Shown here in pieces: positions 18,681 to 27,173 of a stretch of 64,000 nt of DNA. Below the pieces are notes generated by a model. It was not told where the DNA came from, ran no database searches, and saw only the letters and a program-made list of their open reading frames with translations. The first letter of the stretch is position 1; each line of letters begins with the position of its first letter. Origin of the DNA: an uncultured bacterium (GTDB lineage: Bacteria; Actinomycetota; Actinomycetes; S36-B12); assembly GCA_963793105.1 (NCBI GenBank), contig CAWBZB010000006.1, forward strand, positions 146,727 to 210,726, read 5' to 3'. Position numbers and translations under genes: made by a program.

Positions 18681-19460
18681 CTAAAGGTCAAGGACGAAGG
18701 GCCGTTCCCGCCCGTGGAAGTGGCCGACATTCACGCATTCCGTGCGACCCACCCGAGTGCGCGCGACAAGCGGTTGATGCACATGGCCGAACAGGTGGTA
18801 CCGGGGTTGCACGTCTCGGACGTACTCCAGTAGCGACCGGCTGCCGATCTCGAACCGCCGTGCCACGACGTCGTAGGTCAGCTCGGGCACGGCAGGAGGG
18901 ATGTGACTGAACAGCACGTCCACGGGACCCAGCGCCTCGACCTTGGCGTCGAAGGCGGACTCGGTGAGCTCGTAGGGGGTGCGCATCGGACTCACGAGTC
19001 CGCCGCCGACGAACCCCCACCGCATCCCGCCGACCTCGACGATCCCGCCGTCGACGACGGTGTGTCCCTCCCGCAGGTGGTCCGGCCAGAGGGCCGGGAT
19101 GTCGACGTTGCCGTAGGTGAGCAGGGCGGGCGAAGGCATCGCATCGAAGAGCTCCTCGTACTGCGCCCTGACCATCGCCTGCATGAGCGCCCATTTCTCG
19201 TCGGGCTCGGTCACCCCGAGCCTCGCCCAGGCCGCCGCGCTCAGCTCGCGGGCCGCGGCGAAGCGGTTCGCCGTGCGGGCCTCGATGTAGGCGCGTGCAT
19301 GCTCCTCACCGAAGAGGTCGGCGAAGATGCCCCGACCCGGGTCGTCGTAGTCGAGGAAGAGGATCAGATCGCCGAGGCAGACGAACACGTCGGAGCCGTC
19401 CGCAGCACCCGCGAGGGCCAGCGAGGCACCATGGACGTCGCTCGCGACATGAAGGCGCAT
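18681..19460 (-). CDS. metallophosphoesterase
   Basis: SDVHG, CLGDL, YGNVD, GHVH metal-binding motifs. Confidence 0.8.
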   Translation of the reverse strand: MRLHVASDVHGASLALAGAADGSDVFVCLGDLILFLDYDDPGRGIFADLFGEEHARAYIEARTANRFAAARELSAAAWARLGVTEPDEKWALMQAMVRAQYEELFDAMPSPALLTYGNVDIPALWPDHLREGHTVVDGGIVEVGGMRWGFVGGGLVSPMRTPYELTESAFDAKVEALGPVDVLFSHIPPAVPELTYDVVARRFEIGSRSLLEYVRDVQPRYHLFGHVHQPLVARTRVGRTECVNVGHFHGRERPFVLDL

Positions 19461-19466
19461 CCGGGC

Positions 19467-19859
19467 CTAGATCCCCGACTCGAACTCGTCCTTGAGCGCC
19501 CACACTGCCTGCTTCCACAGCATCGCGTGGCGGCGCCGCAGGCTGTCCAGCTCCCGGCGGCCGCGGGGCGAGTCGGGGATCTGTCGCGGCACGGAGCGTG
19601 AACCCGGAGTCGTGGGATCGGCCGTCAGGCGGTATCGGACGAGGACCCCGGCCTCCTGCTGGACCAGGCGGACCTCGGTCGTGCCGACCAGCGGCCCCGA
19701 GACCGACCAGTCCATGCCCTCGACCCCTCGGTCGACCAGCACGCTCACGCGAAGCCCGGGCCACCACCTGGCCCACCTGCCGCTTTCGGACACCGCCGCC
19801 GCAAGTGTCGCTCGCGACACCAGGATCACCGTTTCGTCGAGGATGGTCACGGCGCTCAC
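19467..19859 (-). CDS. hypothetical protein, SRPBCC-like
   Basis: 130 aa from GTG 19859. Weak resemblance to polyketide cyclase/dehydrase-fold proteins; coding bias is good. Confidence 0.45.
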   Translation of the reverse strand: MSAVTILDETVILVSRATLAAAVSESGRWARWWPGLRVSVLVDRGVEGMDWSVSGPLVGTTEVRLVQQEAGVLVRYRLTADPTTPGSRSVPRQIPDSPRGRRELDSLRRRHAMLWKQAVWALKDEFESGI

Positions 19860-19945
19860 GCGCCCAGAATGCCACGGGTGCCGAGAGCGAGACGGACACG
19901 GGGATCCGGTCGCCAAGCGGGGCGTTCTCATCTACGGTGAAAGGT

Positions 19946-21739
19946 ATGAGAACCGAATTCTCCGTGCCCCCCGTCGTGCCCACCCCGACCTCCGGAAGCC
20001 TTGTCGACCACGTCGTCGACAACGCGCGGAAGACGCCCGACCACGTCGCCCTCTCGATTCCCCGAGGGGACGCCTGGGTAGGCGTGACGTCCGCGCAGTT
20101 CCTGGAGGAGGTCAAGGCCGTCGCCAAGGGCATCGTGGCCAACGGCGTGGAGCCCGGCGAGCGCATCGGCGTGATGAGCCGTACGAGGTACGAGTGGACC
20201 CTGGTCGACTACGCGATCTGGTACGCGGGAGCCGTCAGCGTGCCCGTCTACGAGACGTCCTCAGCGGAGCAGATCCAGTGGATGCTCAGCGACTCCGGAT
20301 CCGTGGCCGTCTTCCTCGAGAGCGAGAAGAACAAGCGCACCTTCGATGAGGTCGCCGTGCACATCCCCACGACCACTCGCGTCTGGGTCTTCGAGGACGG
20401 TGTCATCGACGAGCTGAAGGCAGACGGGCGCGAGGTCTCCGACGAGACCCTGGAGGAACGCCGCGCCACCCTGAACCCGGACTCCGTCGCCACGATCATC
20501 TACACCTCCGGAACCACCGGGCGGCCCAAGGGCTGCACGCTCACCCACCGGAACTTCATGTTCGAGGTGGACAACGTCGTCAACGGGCTGCCCGACGTCT
20601 TCCTTGCGCCCGGCTCGTCGACCCTGCTCTTCCTGCCGATCGCCCACGTCTTCGGTCGCGCGATCGAACTCGGCTGCATCCGGGCCGGCGTACGACTCGG
20701 CCATGCCGCCGACATCAAGCAGCTCCTCCCCGGACTGGCGTCGTTCCAGCCCACGTTCCTCCTCGCCGTGCCGCGCGTGTTCGAGAAGATCTACAACTCT
20801 GCGCAGCAGAAGGCCGTCGCCGATGGCAAGGGGAAGATCTTCGACACCGCCGCCAACACCGCCATCGAGTACAGCAAGGCACTCGACGCGGGCGGCCCCG
20901 GACTCCTGCTGAAGCTCAAGCACGGCCTGTTCGACCGCCTCGTGTACGGCAAGCTCCGTCACGCCATGGGCGGTCAGATGCGGTGGGCAGTCTCCGGCGG
21001 CGCTCCGCTGGGATCTCGCCTCGGGCACTTCTTCCGCGGCATCAACGTCACGATCCTCGAGGGCTACGGGCTCACCGAGACCTCCGCCGCGACCACCGTG
21101 AACCGGCCGAGCGCACTACGCATCGGCAGCGTGGGCCAGCCCCTGCCCGGCGCCAAGGTCAAGGTGGCCGAGGACGGCGAGCTCCTGCTGGGCGGCGACC
21201 AGATCTTCGTCGGCTACTGGAACAACCCGACGGCAACCGCTGAGGCCATCGAGCCGGACGGCTGGTTCCACTCGGGCGACATCGGCGAGATCGACGACGA
21301 CGGGTTCGTCAAGATCACCGGCCGGAAGAAGGAGCTCCTCGTCACGGCGGCCGGCAAGAACGTGGCACCCGCCGTGCTGGAGGACCGCCTGCGCGCCAAC
21401 TGGCTGGTCAGCCAGTGCATGGTCGTCGGCGATGCCAAGCCGTTCATCGCGGCGCTGGTCACCATCGACCCCGAGTCGTTCCCGGCCTGGGCCAAGCAGA
21501 ACGAGAAGGGCGACGCCACCGTCGCCGACCTGGTCGACGATCCGGACCTGGTCGCGGCGATCCAGGCCGCGGTCGACGACGCCAACAAGGCGGTCTCGCA
21601 CGCGGAGGCGATCAAGAAGTTCAAGATTCTCAAGGTCGACTGGACCGAGGAAGGTGGCCAGATCACCCCGTCGCTGAAGCTCAAGCGCCAGGTGGTCATG
21701 CAGGAGTTCGGGGCCGACGTGGAGTCGCTGTACTCCTAG
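19946..21739 (+). CDS. long-chain-fatty-acid--CoA ligase (AMP-forming), FadD15-like
   Basis: IYTSGTTGRPKG AMP-binding motif, GYGLTET, GDIGEIDDDGF, ITPSLKLKR. ATG 19946 preceded by GAAAGG. Confidence 0.9.
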   Translation: MRTEFSVPPVVPTPTSGSLVDHVVDNARKTPDHVALSIPRGDAWVGVTSAQFLEEVKAVAKGIVANGVEPGERIGVMSRTRYEWTLVDYAIWYAGAVSVPVYETSSAEQIQWMLSDSGSVAVFLESEKNKRTFDEVAVHIPTTTRVWVFEDGVIDELKADGREVSDETLEERRATLNPDSVATIIYTSGTTGRPKGCTLTHRNFMFEVDNVVNGLPDVFLAPGSSTLLFLPIAHVFGRAIELGCIRAGVRLGHAADIKQLLPGLASFQPTFLLAVPRVFEKIYNSAQQKAVADGKGKIFDTAANTAIEYSKALDAGGPGLLLKLKHGLFDRLVYGKLRHAMGGQMRWAVSGGAPLGSRLGHFFRGINVTILEGYGLTETSAATTVNRPSALRIGSVGQPLPGAKVKVAEDGELLLGGDQIFVGYWNNPTATAEAIEPDGWFHSGDIGEIDDDGFVKITGRKKELLVTAAGKNVAPAVLEDRLRANWLVSQCMVVGDAKPFIAALVTIDPESFPAWAKQNEKGDATVADLVDDPDLVAAIQAAVDDANKAVSHAEAIKKFKILKVDWTEEGGQITPSLKLKRQVVMQEFGADVESLYS

Positions 21740-22100
21740 CGCGGAGCGTCGTCGGCCAGGGCGTCACTAGGCAGAGGCACGTCGAGTTCACGGCTCGCGC
21801 TCCGGCGGATCAGCGGTTCGACCTCGGCGACGTTTCGGGCGAGATCTTCCTGCTCCTCGGCCGCCTTGCCGTACGGGTTGTTGATACGGGACCGCACGCG
21901 ATCGAGCAGCGATTCAGTGAGACACCGATCGAGACCACCTGCTCGAACCTGTCGTAGAACGGGCCTTGATTCCGCGCCGTCCTCGAGACGGCGATCGTGG
22001 CGGGGTCGGGTTCACGAGTGACGCAGGTGGAACGCCGGTCGAATGCACCTCGATGGCGCGGGAGAAGCGGTCAGATCACCGGCATTTCCGCTCCGAGATG

Positions 22101-22131
22101 ACCGCTTGTCCCCGTTAGCGGGACAAACGGT
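22101..22131 (-). terminator. hairpin downstream of the NlpC/P60 gene
   Basis: ACCGCTTGTCCCCG-TTAG-CGGGACAAACGGT, about 12 bp with one mismatch and one bulge, 40 nt beyond the stop at 22171. No clear U-tract. Confidence 0.35.
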
Positions 22132-22170
22132 CAGGGTCGGGTGCAGGGGTGACCGGCTCGGTCAGCGCAC

Positions 22171-23284
22171 CTAGCCGACGACTCGGCCGATACCGCTGAA
22201 GTAGTTCTTGTACCAGGGGCCGAGGATGTCGGACACCAGGACGCCGCTGCTCGGGTTCGCGGCGTGCACCATCTTGCCGTTGCCGATGTACAGGCCCACG
22301 TGGTGGACGCCGCCACCGAAGTAGAACACCAGGTCGCCGGGCTGTGCCTCGCTCAGCGGGATGCGCCGGGTGCTGCTGTACTGCGAGTAGCTGTAGTGCG
22401 GCAGTGACACGCCGGACTGGCGCCAGGCGGTCATGGTCAGACCGGAGCAGTCGAAGGAGTCAGGACCTGCCGCGGCGGCCACGTAGCGGTCGCCCACCTG
22501 GGCCAGGGCGTAGGAGACGGCCGCGGCGGCACGGCTGCCGCCGGTGTAGCCACCGCCAGCGCTCGACGGGCCGGATCCGCTGACGCTCGAGGACGAACTG
22601 GAGTTGAGTGCGGCCGAAGCGGCGCGAGCCGCGGCGAGACCGGCCTGGCGCTCCTCCTCGGCGAGGGCCGCGAGGCGGCGGCGCTCCTCTGCCTCGAGAC
22701 CGGCGAGGATGCCCTCGGCGTCATCGAGCTGCTGAGCCGCGTCCTGCTTCGCGTCCGACATCTCGTCGCGGTACTTCTGCGCGATGGCTTCCTTGTCCTT
22801 GACCGCGGCCTCGCTCTGCGCGAGGCGCAGGCGGGCGGTCTGGGTGCGACGCAGGGACGACGCCTGGGAGTTGGCCACCTGGTTGAGCGCGGCCGCCTGG
22901 GCGAGGAACTCGGTCGGGTCGTCTGCCAGGAGGACCTGAAGGGAGGTGTCGATGCCCCCGCTGGTGTACGTGGCGCGGGCCAGGTCGTCGACCGACGAGA
23001 GGATCACCTGGAGCTGCGAGCGCTCGCGCGACACCTTCTTCTTCAGTCCGGCGAGCGTCGCCTGGACGTCTCCGAGCTGGTTGCGCGCCGAGTTGTACCG
23101 CTCCGTGGCTGCCTCGGCCTTGGCCTGCAGCGTGCGAACCTGATCGCGGACCTGCTCGATGTCACGGCCGGGGCGCGGCTGACGCATTGGGGATGATGGC
23201 GACACCTGTCAGGAACAGTGCTGCCGATGCGAGGCCGATGAGGGCGGTCTGCGTCCGGCCGGGCCGTCTGAAACGGGAGTGCAC
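22171..23284 (-). CDS. secreted NlpC/P60 peptidoglycan endopeptidase with N-terminal coiled coil (RipC-like); signal peptide is out of frame (break near 23170-23173)
   Basis: C-terminal DCSGLT...GDLVFY...HHVGLYIG NlpC/P60 catalytic motifs. A long Ala/Gln/Glu coiled coil precedes them. The upstream frame (GTG 23284, SD GAAAGGA) encodes the signal peptide RFRRPGRTQTALIGLASAALFLTGVAIIPNASA and stops at 23162. The uninterrupted ORF is 22171-23205. Confidence 0.8.
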
Positions 23285-23287
23285 GCC

Positions 23288-23445
23288 GATCCTTTCGCCT
23301 ACGTCTGGTCCATCACATGCGGTCCACCTATGACAACGCCCGCGGGTCGCGCGGGCGTCGCATCTGCGTCCGTCCAAGGTAACAGATTGGTGACGACGCG
23401 CCTCCCCGTGTCCCGTAACCGGACGATCGCCACCCTGCTCGCCGT
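23288..23445 (-). promoter_or_regulatory. structured 5' leader of the NlpC/P60 gene; possible ydaO-type (c-di-AMP) riboswitch
   Basis: Two pseudo-symmetric halves on the minus strand: GCGAUC-hairpin-ACGGGGAGG and CCAAUC-long hairpin (GACGCCCGCG/CGCGGGCGUU)-UAGGUGGACC. The 3' CAGCUAAC-type element is not evident. Confidence 0.3.
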
Positions 23446-23492
23446 GTGACGCGCACACCCGGACGGACGTTCCGGAACGTGTCGCGCGTCAC
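23446..23492 (-). terminator. GC-rich hairpin after the 85-aa Cys-rich ORF
   Basis: GTGACGCGCACAC / GTGTCGCGCGTCAC arms (13 bp, one bulge) enclose a GTTCCGGAAC palindrome, 44 nt downstream of the stop at 23536. Confidence 0.4.
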
Positions 23493-23535
23493 GTCCGGGC
23501 GTCGCCGGCCGCCTTCACGGGTCGAGGCGAGGGGG

Positions 23536-23793
23536 TCAACTCGCCTGGGATCGGGGCACCAGGCGGAGCGGCGGCACCAGCCCGGAGTCGGCCAGCACGG
23601 CGAGGGCGGCCGCGTGCTCGTCCTCCACGTCCCGGACGGTCGAAAGGGACGAAAGTGGGATAACCGGCAAATCGCTCGGGTCGCGGGTGCCGCCCCCGGT
23701 CGCGGCTCCCTCCGGCGCCCCCAGCAGGACGGAGACCACGCAGTCGTCGCAGGCGAGGCCGGCAACCGCACATGAACCACAGTCGATGATCAT
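23536..23793 (-). CDS. small Cys-rich hypothetical protein (85 aa)
   Basis: MIIDCGSCAVAGLACDDCVV has four Cys in 14 residues (CxxC-x6-CxxC). ATG start, good GC3. Confidence 0.55.
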   Translation of the reverse strand: MIIDCGSCAVAGLACDDCVVSVLLGAPEGAATGGGTRDPSDLPVIPLSSLSTVRDVEDEHAAALAVLADSGLVPPLRLVPRSQAS

Positions 23794-23871
23794 GCCGACA
23801 CGCTAGGTCGACGGTCTGACAGTCGCGCGCCGGCCGGGCTCGGCACCGGCCTCGTGACGCCCCCGCGGCGC

Positions 23872-24150
23872 TCAGGGCCCGCCGTCGCCCGGACCCTCGG
23901 AGGACGGCCCCCCGAATTCCGGGCGGGCAACGATCTCTATCCGGTCCGCGGCCCCGCACCAGCGGCAGGCCACGGCCTCGAGGGTCTCCTTGAGGACCTC
24001 GGTCTCCTCGATGGCCGGCTCGCCGGCCATCGACGCGTGCCAGTACTCGCGGACCCGGGTGGTGCGGGTCACGTCGAAGCGCGTGAGGTTGCCGCAGTGG
24101 GCACAGCGCCAGCGGGACCGCTCGTCGGGGATCACAGGGGTGTCAGCCAC
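23872..24150 (-). CDS. zinc-ribbon hypothetical protein (92 aa)
   Basis: CAHC...CRWC pairs about 45 residues apart. GTG start, divergent from the exonuclease gene. Confidence 0.6.
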   Translation of the reverse strand: MADTPVIPDERSRWRCAHCGNLTRFDVTRTTRVREYWHASMAGEPAIEETEVLKETLEAVACRWCGAADRIEIVARPEFGGPSSEGPGDGGP

Positions 24151-24200
24151 GGTGGGACTCTATCCATCGAGCCGACGGGCTCGGTCGCGCCTACCCGCCG

Positions 24201-24223
24201 TTGTCAGGGCCCTCCCCTAGCGT
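24201..24223 (+). promoter_or_regulatory. RecA-NDp / PafBC-type DNA-damage promoter
   Basis: TTGTCAGGG-N8-TAGCGT fits the mycobacterial consensus tTGTCRgtg-N8-TAnnnT. The -10 ends 6 nt before ATG 24230, implying a leaderless mRNA. Confidence 0.5.
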
Positions 24224-24229
24224 CGAGGA

Positions 24230-26056
24230 ATGACCCACTCCCCGGCGGGCGTTCCCGGTGCCGGAACCCAGATCAGCTTCACCGAGCTGGGCACCCCGCT
24301 GGCCGAGGTCACCTTCATGATCGTCGATCTCGAGACCACGGGCGGGGCGCCGGTCGACGCCGGCATCACCGAGATCGGCGCCCTCAAGGTGCGCGGCGGC
24401 GTCGTCATCGGCGAATTCCAGACGCTGGTCAACCCGGGCGAGTCGATTCCGCCGTTCGTCGCCTCCCTCACCGGCATCACCGACGCGTTCGTGGCGACCG
24501 CGCCCACCCTGGCCGCCGTGCTGCCCACCTTCCTGGAGTTCGCCCGGGGCACCGTCCTGGTCGCCCACAACGCCCCCTATGACGTCGGGTTCCTCAAGGG
24601 CGCATGCGCGAAACTGGGCCATGACTGGCCCGACCCTCCCGTCGTCGACACCGCGCGACTGGCCCGCGTCGCCCTGCATCGCGACGAGGTCCGCAACTGC
24701 AAGCTGTCCACCCTGGCCGCCCACTTCCGGGCAACGGTGACGCCGACGCACCGGGCCTTCGACGACGCCCGCGCCACCGCCGACGTGCTGCACGGCCTGA
24801 TCGAACGCGCCGGCGACCTCGGGGTGAGCACGCTGGAGGATCTCCAGGCCTTCTCGTCGCGGGTGAGCGCCGCCCAACGGACCAAGCGCCACCTGGCCCA
24901 CGGACTCCCGGACGCACCCGGGGTCTACGTCTTCCAGGACTCCCAGGGCACGGCCCTCTACGTGGGCACCTCGCGCCGCATCCGCACGCGGGTGCGCAGC
25001 TACTTCACGGCCTCCGAGCAGCGCCGCCGGATGGCGGAGATGATCCGGCTCGCCGACCGGGTCGTCCCCATCGTCTGCTCCACAGTCCTGGAGGCCCGCG
25101 TCCGCGAACTGCGGCTGATCGCCGCCGAGCAGCCGCGATACAACCAACGGTCGACCCGGCCCGAGAAGCAGAGCTGGCTGAAGCTCACCGACGAGTCGGC
25201 CCCTCGACTGACCATCACCCGGGAGGTGGCCGACGATGAGCCCCGGGGGGCTCGCTACCTCGGACCCTTCACCTCGCGCTCAGCGGCAGAGGCGACGGCG
25301 GAGGCACTCCTCCTCGCGCACCCGATCCGCACCTGCACCACCCGGATCGCCCAGCGACCCCGGCAGACCGTCCCAGGCTGCGCCCTGGCCGAGCTCGGCA
25401 AGTGCCTGGCGCCGTGCACCAACCAGGGCGACCGCGACGAGTACGCGGAACGGGTCGCCGGCGTGCGGTCGGCGATGTCGGGCGATGTCCGCGCGGTCGT
25501 GGCCGAGGTCGAGCTGCGCATGGGGCGGCTGTCGGACGAGGAGCGCTACGAGGAGGCGGCGGTCTGGCGCGAGCGACTCGGCCATCTCGTCGGGGCGAGC
25601 CTTCGGGCGCACCGACTGGGCATGCTCTCCCGCTGTGCCGAACTGGTGGCCGCCCGACCGACGAGCGATCGGGCCTGGGAGATCCACGTCATCCGACATG
25701 GCCGTCTGGCGGCCGCCGGCCTGGCCGCCTCCGGCACCGACCCCCGGCCGATCGTCGACGCCCTCAGGTCCGCGGCGGAACACGTCCCTGCGCCGATCGG
25801 CCCCGTACCCTCGGGCCTGACGGAGGAGGCGCTGGAGCTCGTGGCCTGGCTCGACTCGGACGGCGTACGGCTCGTGCACGTCGATCAGGCACTGGCCCTG
25901 CCCATCGACTGCGGTGGCTCGTTGGTGACGCGACTCGGGGAGGTGCGCCGCGAGCTCCAGCGGTCCAGGTTCGCCGAGGACCACGCGGCCATCGGCGGCG
26001 GTCGGCCCCGAGGGCCCGTGGACGCGCGCGCGGTGACCCGGATGCTCAGCGCCTGA
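24230..26056 (+). CDS. DEDDh 3'-5' exonuclease (DnaQ-like) fused to a GIY-YIG/UvrC-like nuclease domain (Rv2191-like)
   Basis: N-terminal FMIVDLETTG...VAHNAPYDVGFL...HRAFDDA exonuclease motifs, then PGVYVFQD..ALYVGTS..RTRVRSYF GIY-YIG motifs. 608 aa. Confidence 0.85.
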   Translation: MTHSPAGVPGAGTQISFTELGTPLAEVTFMIVDLETTGGAPVDAGITEIGALKVRGGVVIGEFQTLVNPGESIPPFVASLTGITDAFVATAPTLAAVLPTFLEFARGTVLVAHNAPYDVGFLKGACAKLGHDWPDPPVVDTARLARVALHRDEVRNCKLSTLAAHFRATVTPTHRAFDDARATADVLHGLIERAGDLGVSTLEDLQAFSSRVSAAQRTKRHLAHGLPDAPGVYVFQDSQGTALYVGTSRRIRTRVRSYFTASEQRRRMAEMIRLADRVVPIVCSTVLEARVRELRLIAAEQPRYNQRSTRPEKQSWLKLTDESAPRLTITREVADDEPRGARYLGPFTSRSAAEATAEALLLAHPIRTCTTRIAQRPRQTVPGCALAELGKCLAPCTNQGDRDEYAERVAGVRSAMSGDVRAVVAEVELRMGRLSDEERYEEAAVWRERLGHLVGASLRAHRLGMLSRCAELVAARPTSDRAWEIHVIRHGRLAAAGLAASGTDPRPIVDALRSAAEHVPAPIGPVPSGLTEEALELVAWLDSDGVRLVHVDQALALPIDCGGSLVTRLGEVRRELQRSRFAEDHAAIGGGRPRGPVDARAVTRMLSA

Positions 26057-27170
26057 GGCTGACCGTCACCGCGATCCAGTCGTGGAGCACCTCGAGCGCT
26101 CGACCGGTCTGGAGCACCTCGCGCACCCCCGGGAGCTGGTCGGCGATCCGTTCCGCCAGGGGCCGTGCGTCGACGGGGTCCCCGTGGGCGGCGGCGACCG
26201 CCGCTCGATAGGCGACCATCGCCGCGGCCGCGTTCACGGCGACGGCATCCCGGATCGCCGCCACCCGCTCGGCATCGGGTCCCGTGGGCGCACCGAGTCC
26301 CAGGCTCGCGACGAGCAGCTCGGCATTCCGGCCACTGTCGCCACCCCGCAGGAGCTCCCGCTCGGTCCGGGCGATGCCCAGCTCCACCGTGTCGAGCACG
26401 GCCTGCGTCACCGTCGTCGCGGTCGCGTCCCAGACCCGAGTCGGCGCCTCGGTCGAGATCTCATCCAGGCCGTCCTCGCCCCGAACGACGAGGGCCTTCA
26501 CGCCTCGCCGGTGGAGAACCTGCGCCATGACCGGGGCCAGGTCGAGATTCGCGCTGCCGATGAGGGCGGCCTCGGCCCCCCCGGGGTTGGTCAGCGGTCC
26601 GAGGATGTTGAAGACCGTCGGCACGCCCAGCTCGCGACGAGTGGGCCCGGCATGCCGCATCGCGGGATGGTGGACCTGGGCGAAGCAGAACCCGATGCCG
26701 GCCCGCCGCAAGCTCGCCACCACCGCGTCGGGTTCGAGATCGATGACCACTCCCAGCCGCTCCAGAACATCCGCGGTCCCGGTGGCCGACGAGGCCGCGC
26801 GGTTGCCGTGCTTCACGACCGGGGCCCCCGCGGCCGCGCAGACGAGGGCAGCCATGGTCGAGATGTTGACCAGGTGGGCCTGGTCACCACCCGTCCCCAC
26901 CACGTCCAGGCACACCGGGTGACCCTCAGCCCCGAAGTCGAGGAGCCTGGCGTGCTCGAGCATGACTCCGGCGAGGGCGTCCACCTCAGACGCGGTCTCC
27001 CCCTTGGCGCGCAGGGCGACGACGAAAGCGGCGATCTGCGCGGAGGAGGCGGAGCCCGCGAGGATCTCCTCCATGGCCCAGCGGGCAGCTGCCGGCTCGA
27101 GATCCGTTCCGGCCACGAGGCCGGCAAGCACGGACGGCCACGCGGGCAGGCCGTCAGCGGAAGCGGTCAC
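26046..27170 (-). CDS. trpD: anthranilate phosphoribosyltransferase
   Basis: DVVGTGGD, VVKHGNRA, GPLTNP motifs. Confidence 0.9.
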   Translation of the reverse strand: MTASADGLPAWPSVLAGLVAGTDLEPAAARWAMEEILAGSASSAQIAAFVVALRAKGETASEVDALAGVMLEHARLLDFGAEGHPVCLDVVGTGGDQAHLVNISTMAALVCAAAGAPVVKHGNRAASSATGTADVLERLGVVIDLEPDAVVASLRRAGIGFCFAQVHHPAMRHAGPTRRELGVPTVFNILGPLTNPGGAEAALIGSANLDLAPVMAQVLHRRGVKALVVRGEDGLDEISTEAPTRVWDATATTVTQAVLDTVELGIARTERELLRGGDSGRNAELLVASLGLGAPTGPDAERVAAIRDAVAVNAAAAMVAYRAAVAAAHGDPVDARPLAERIADQLPGVREVLQTGRALEVLHDWIAVTVSLRR

Positions 27171-27173
27171 AGG

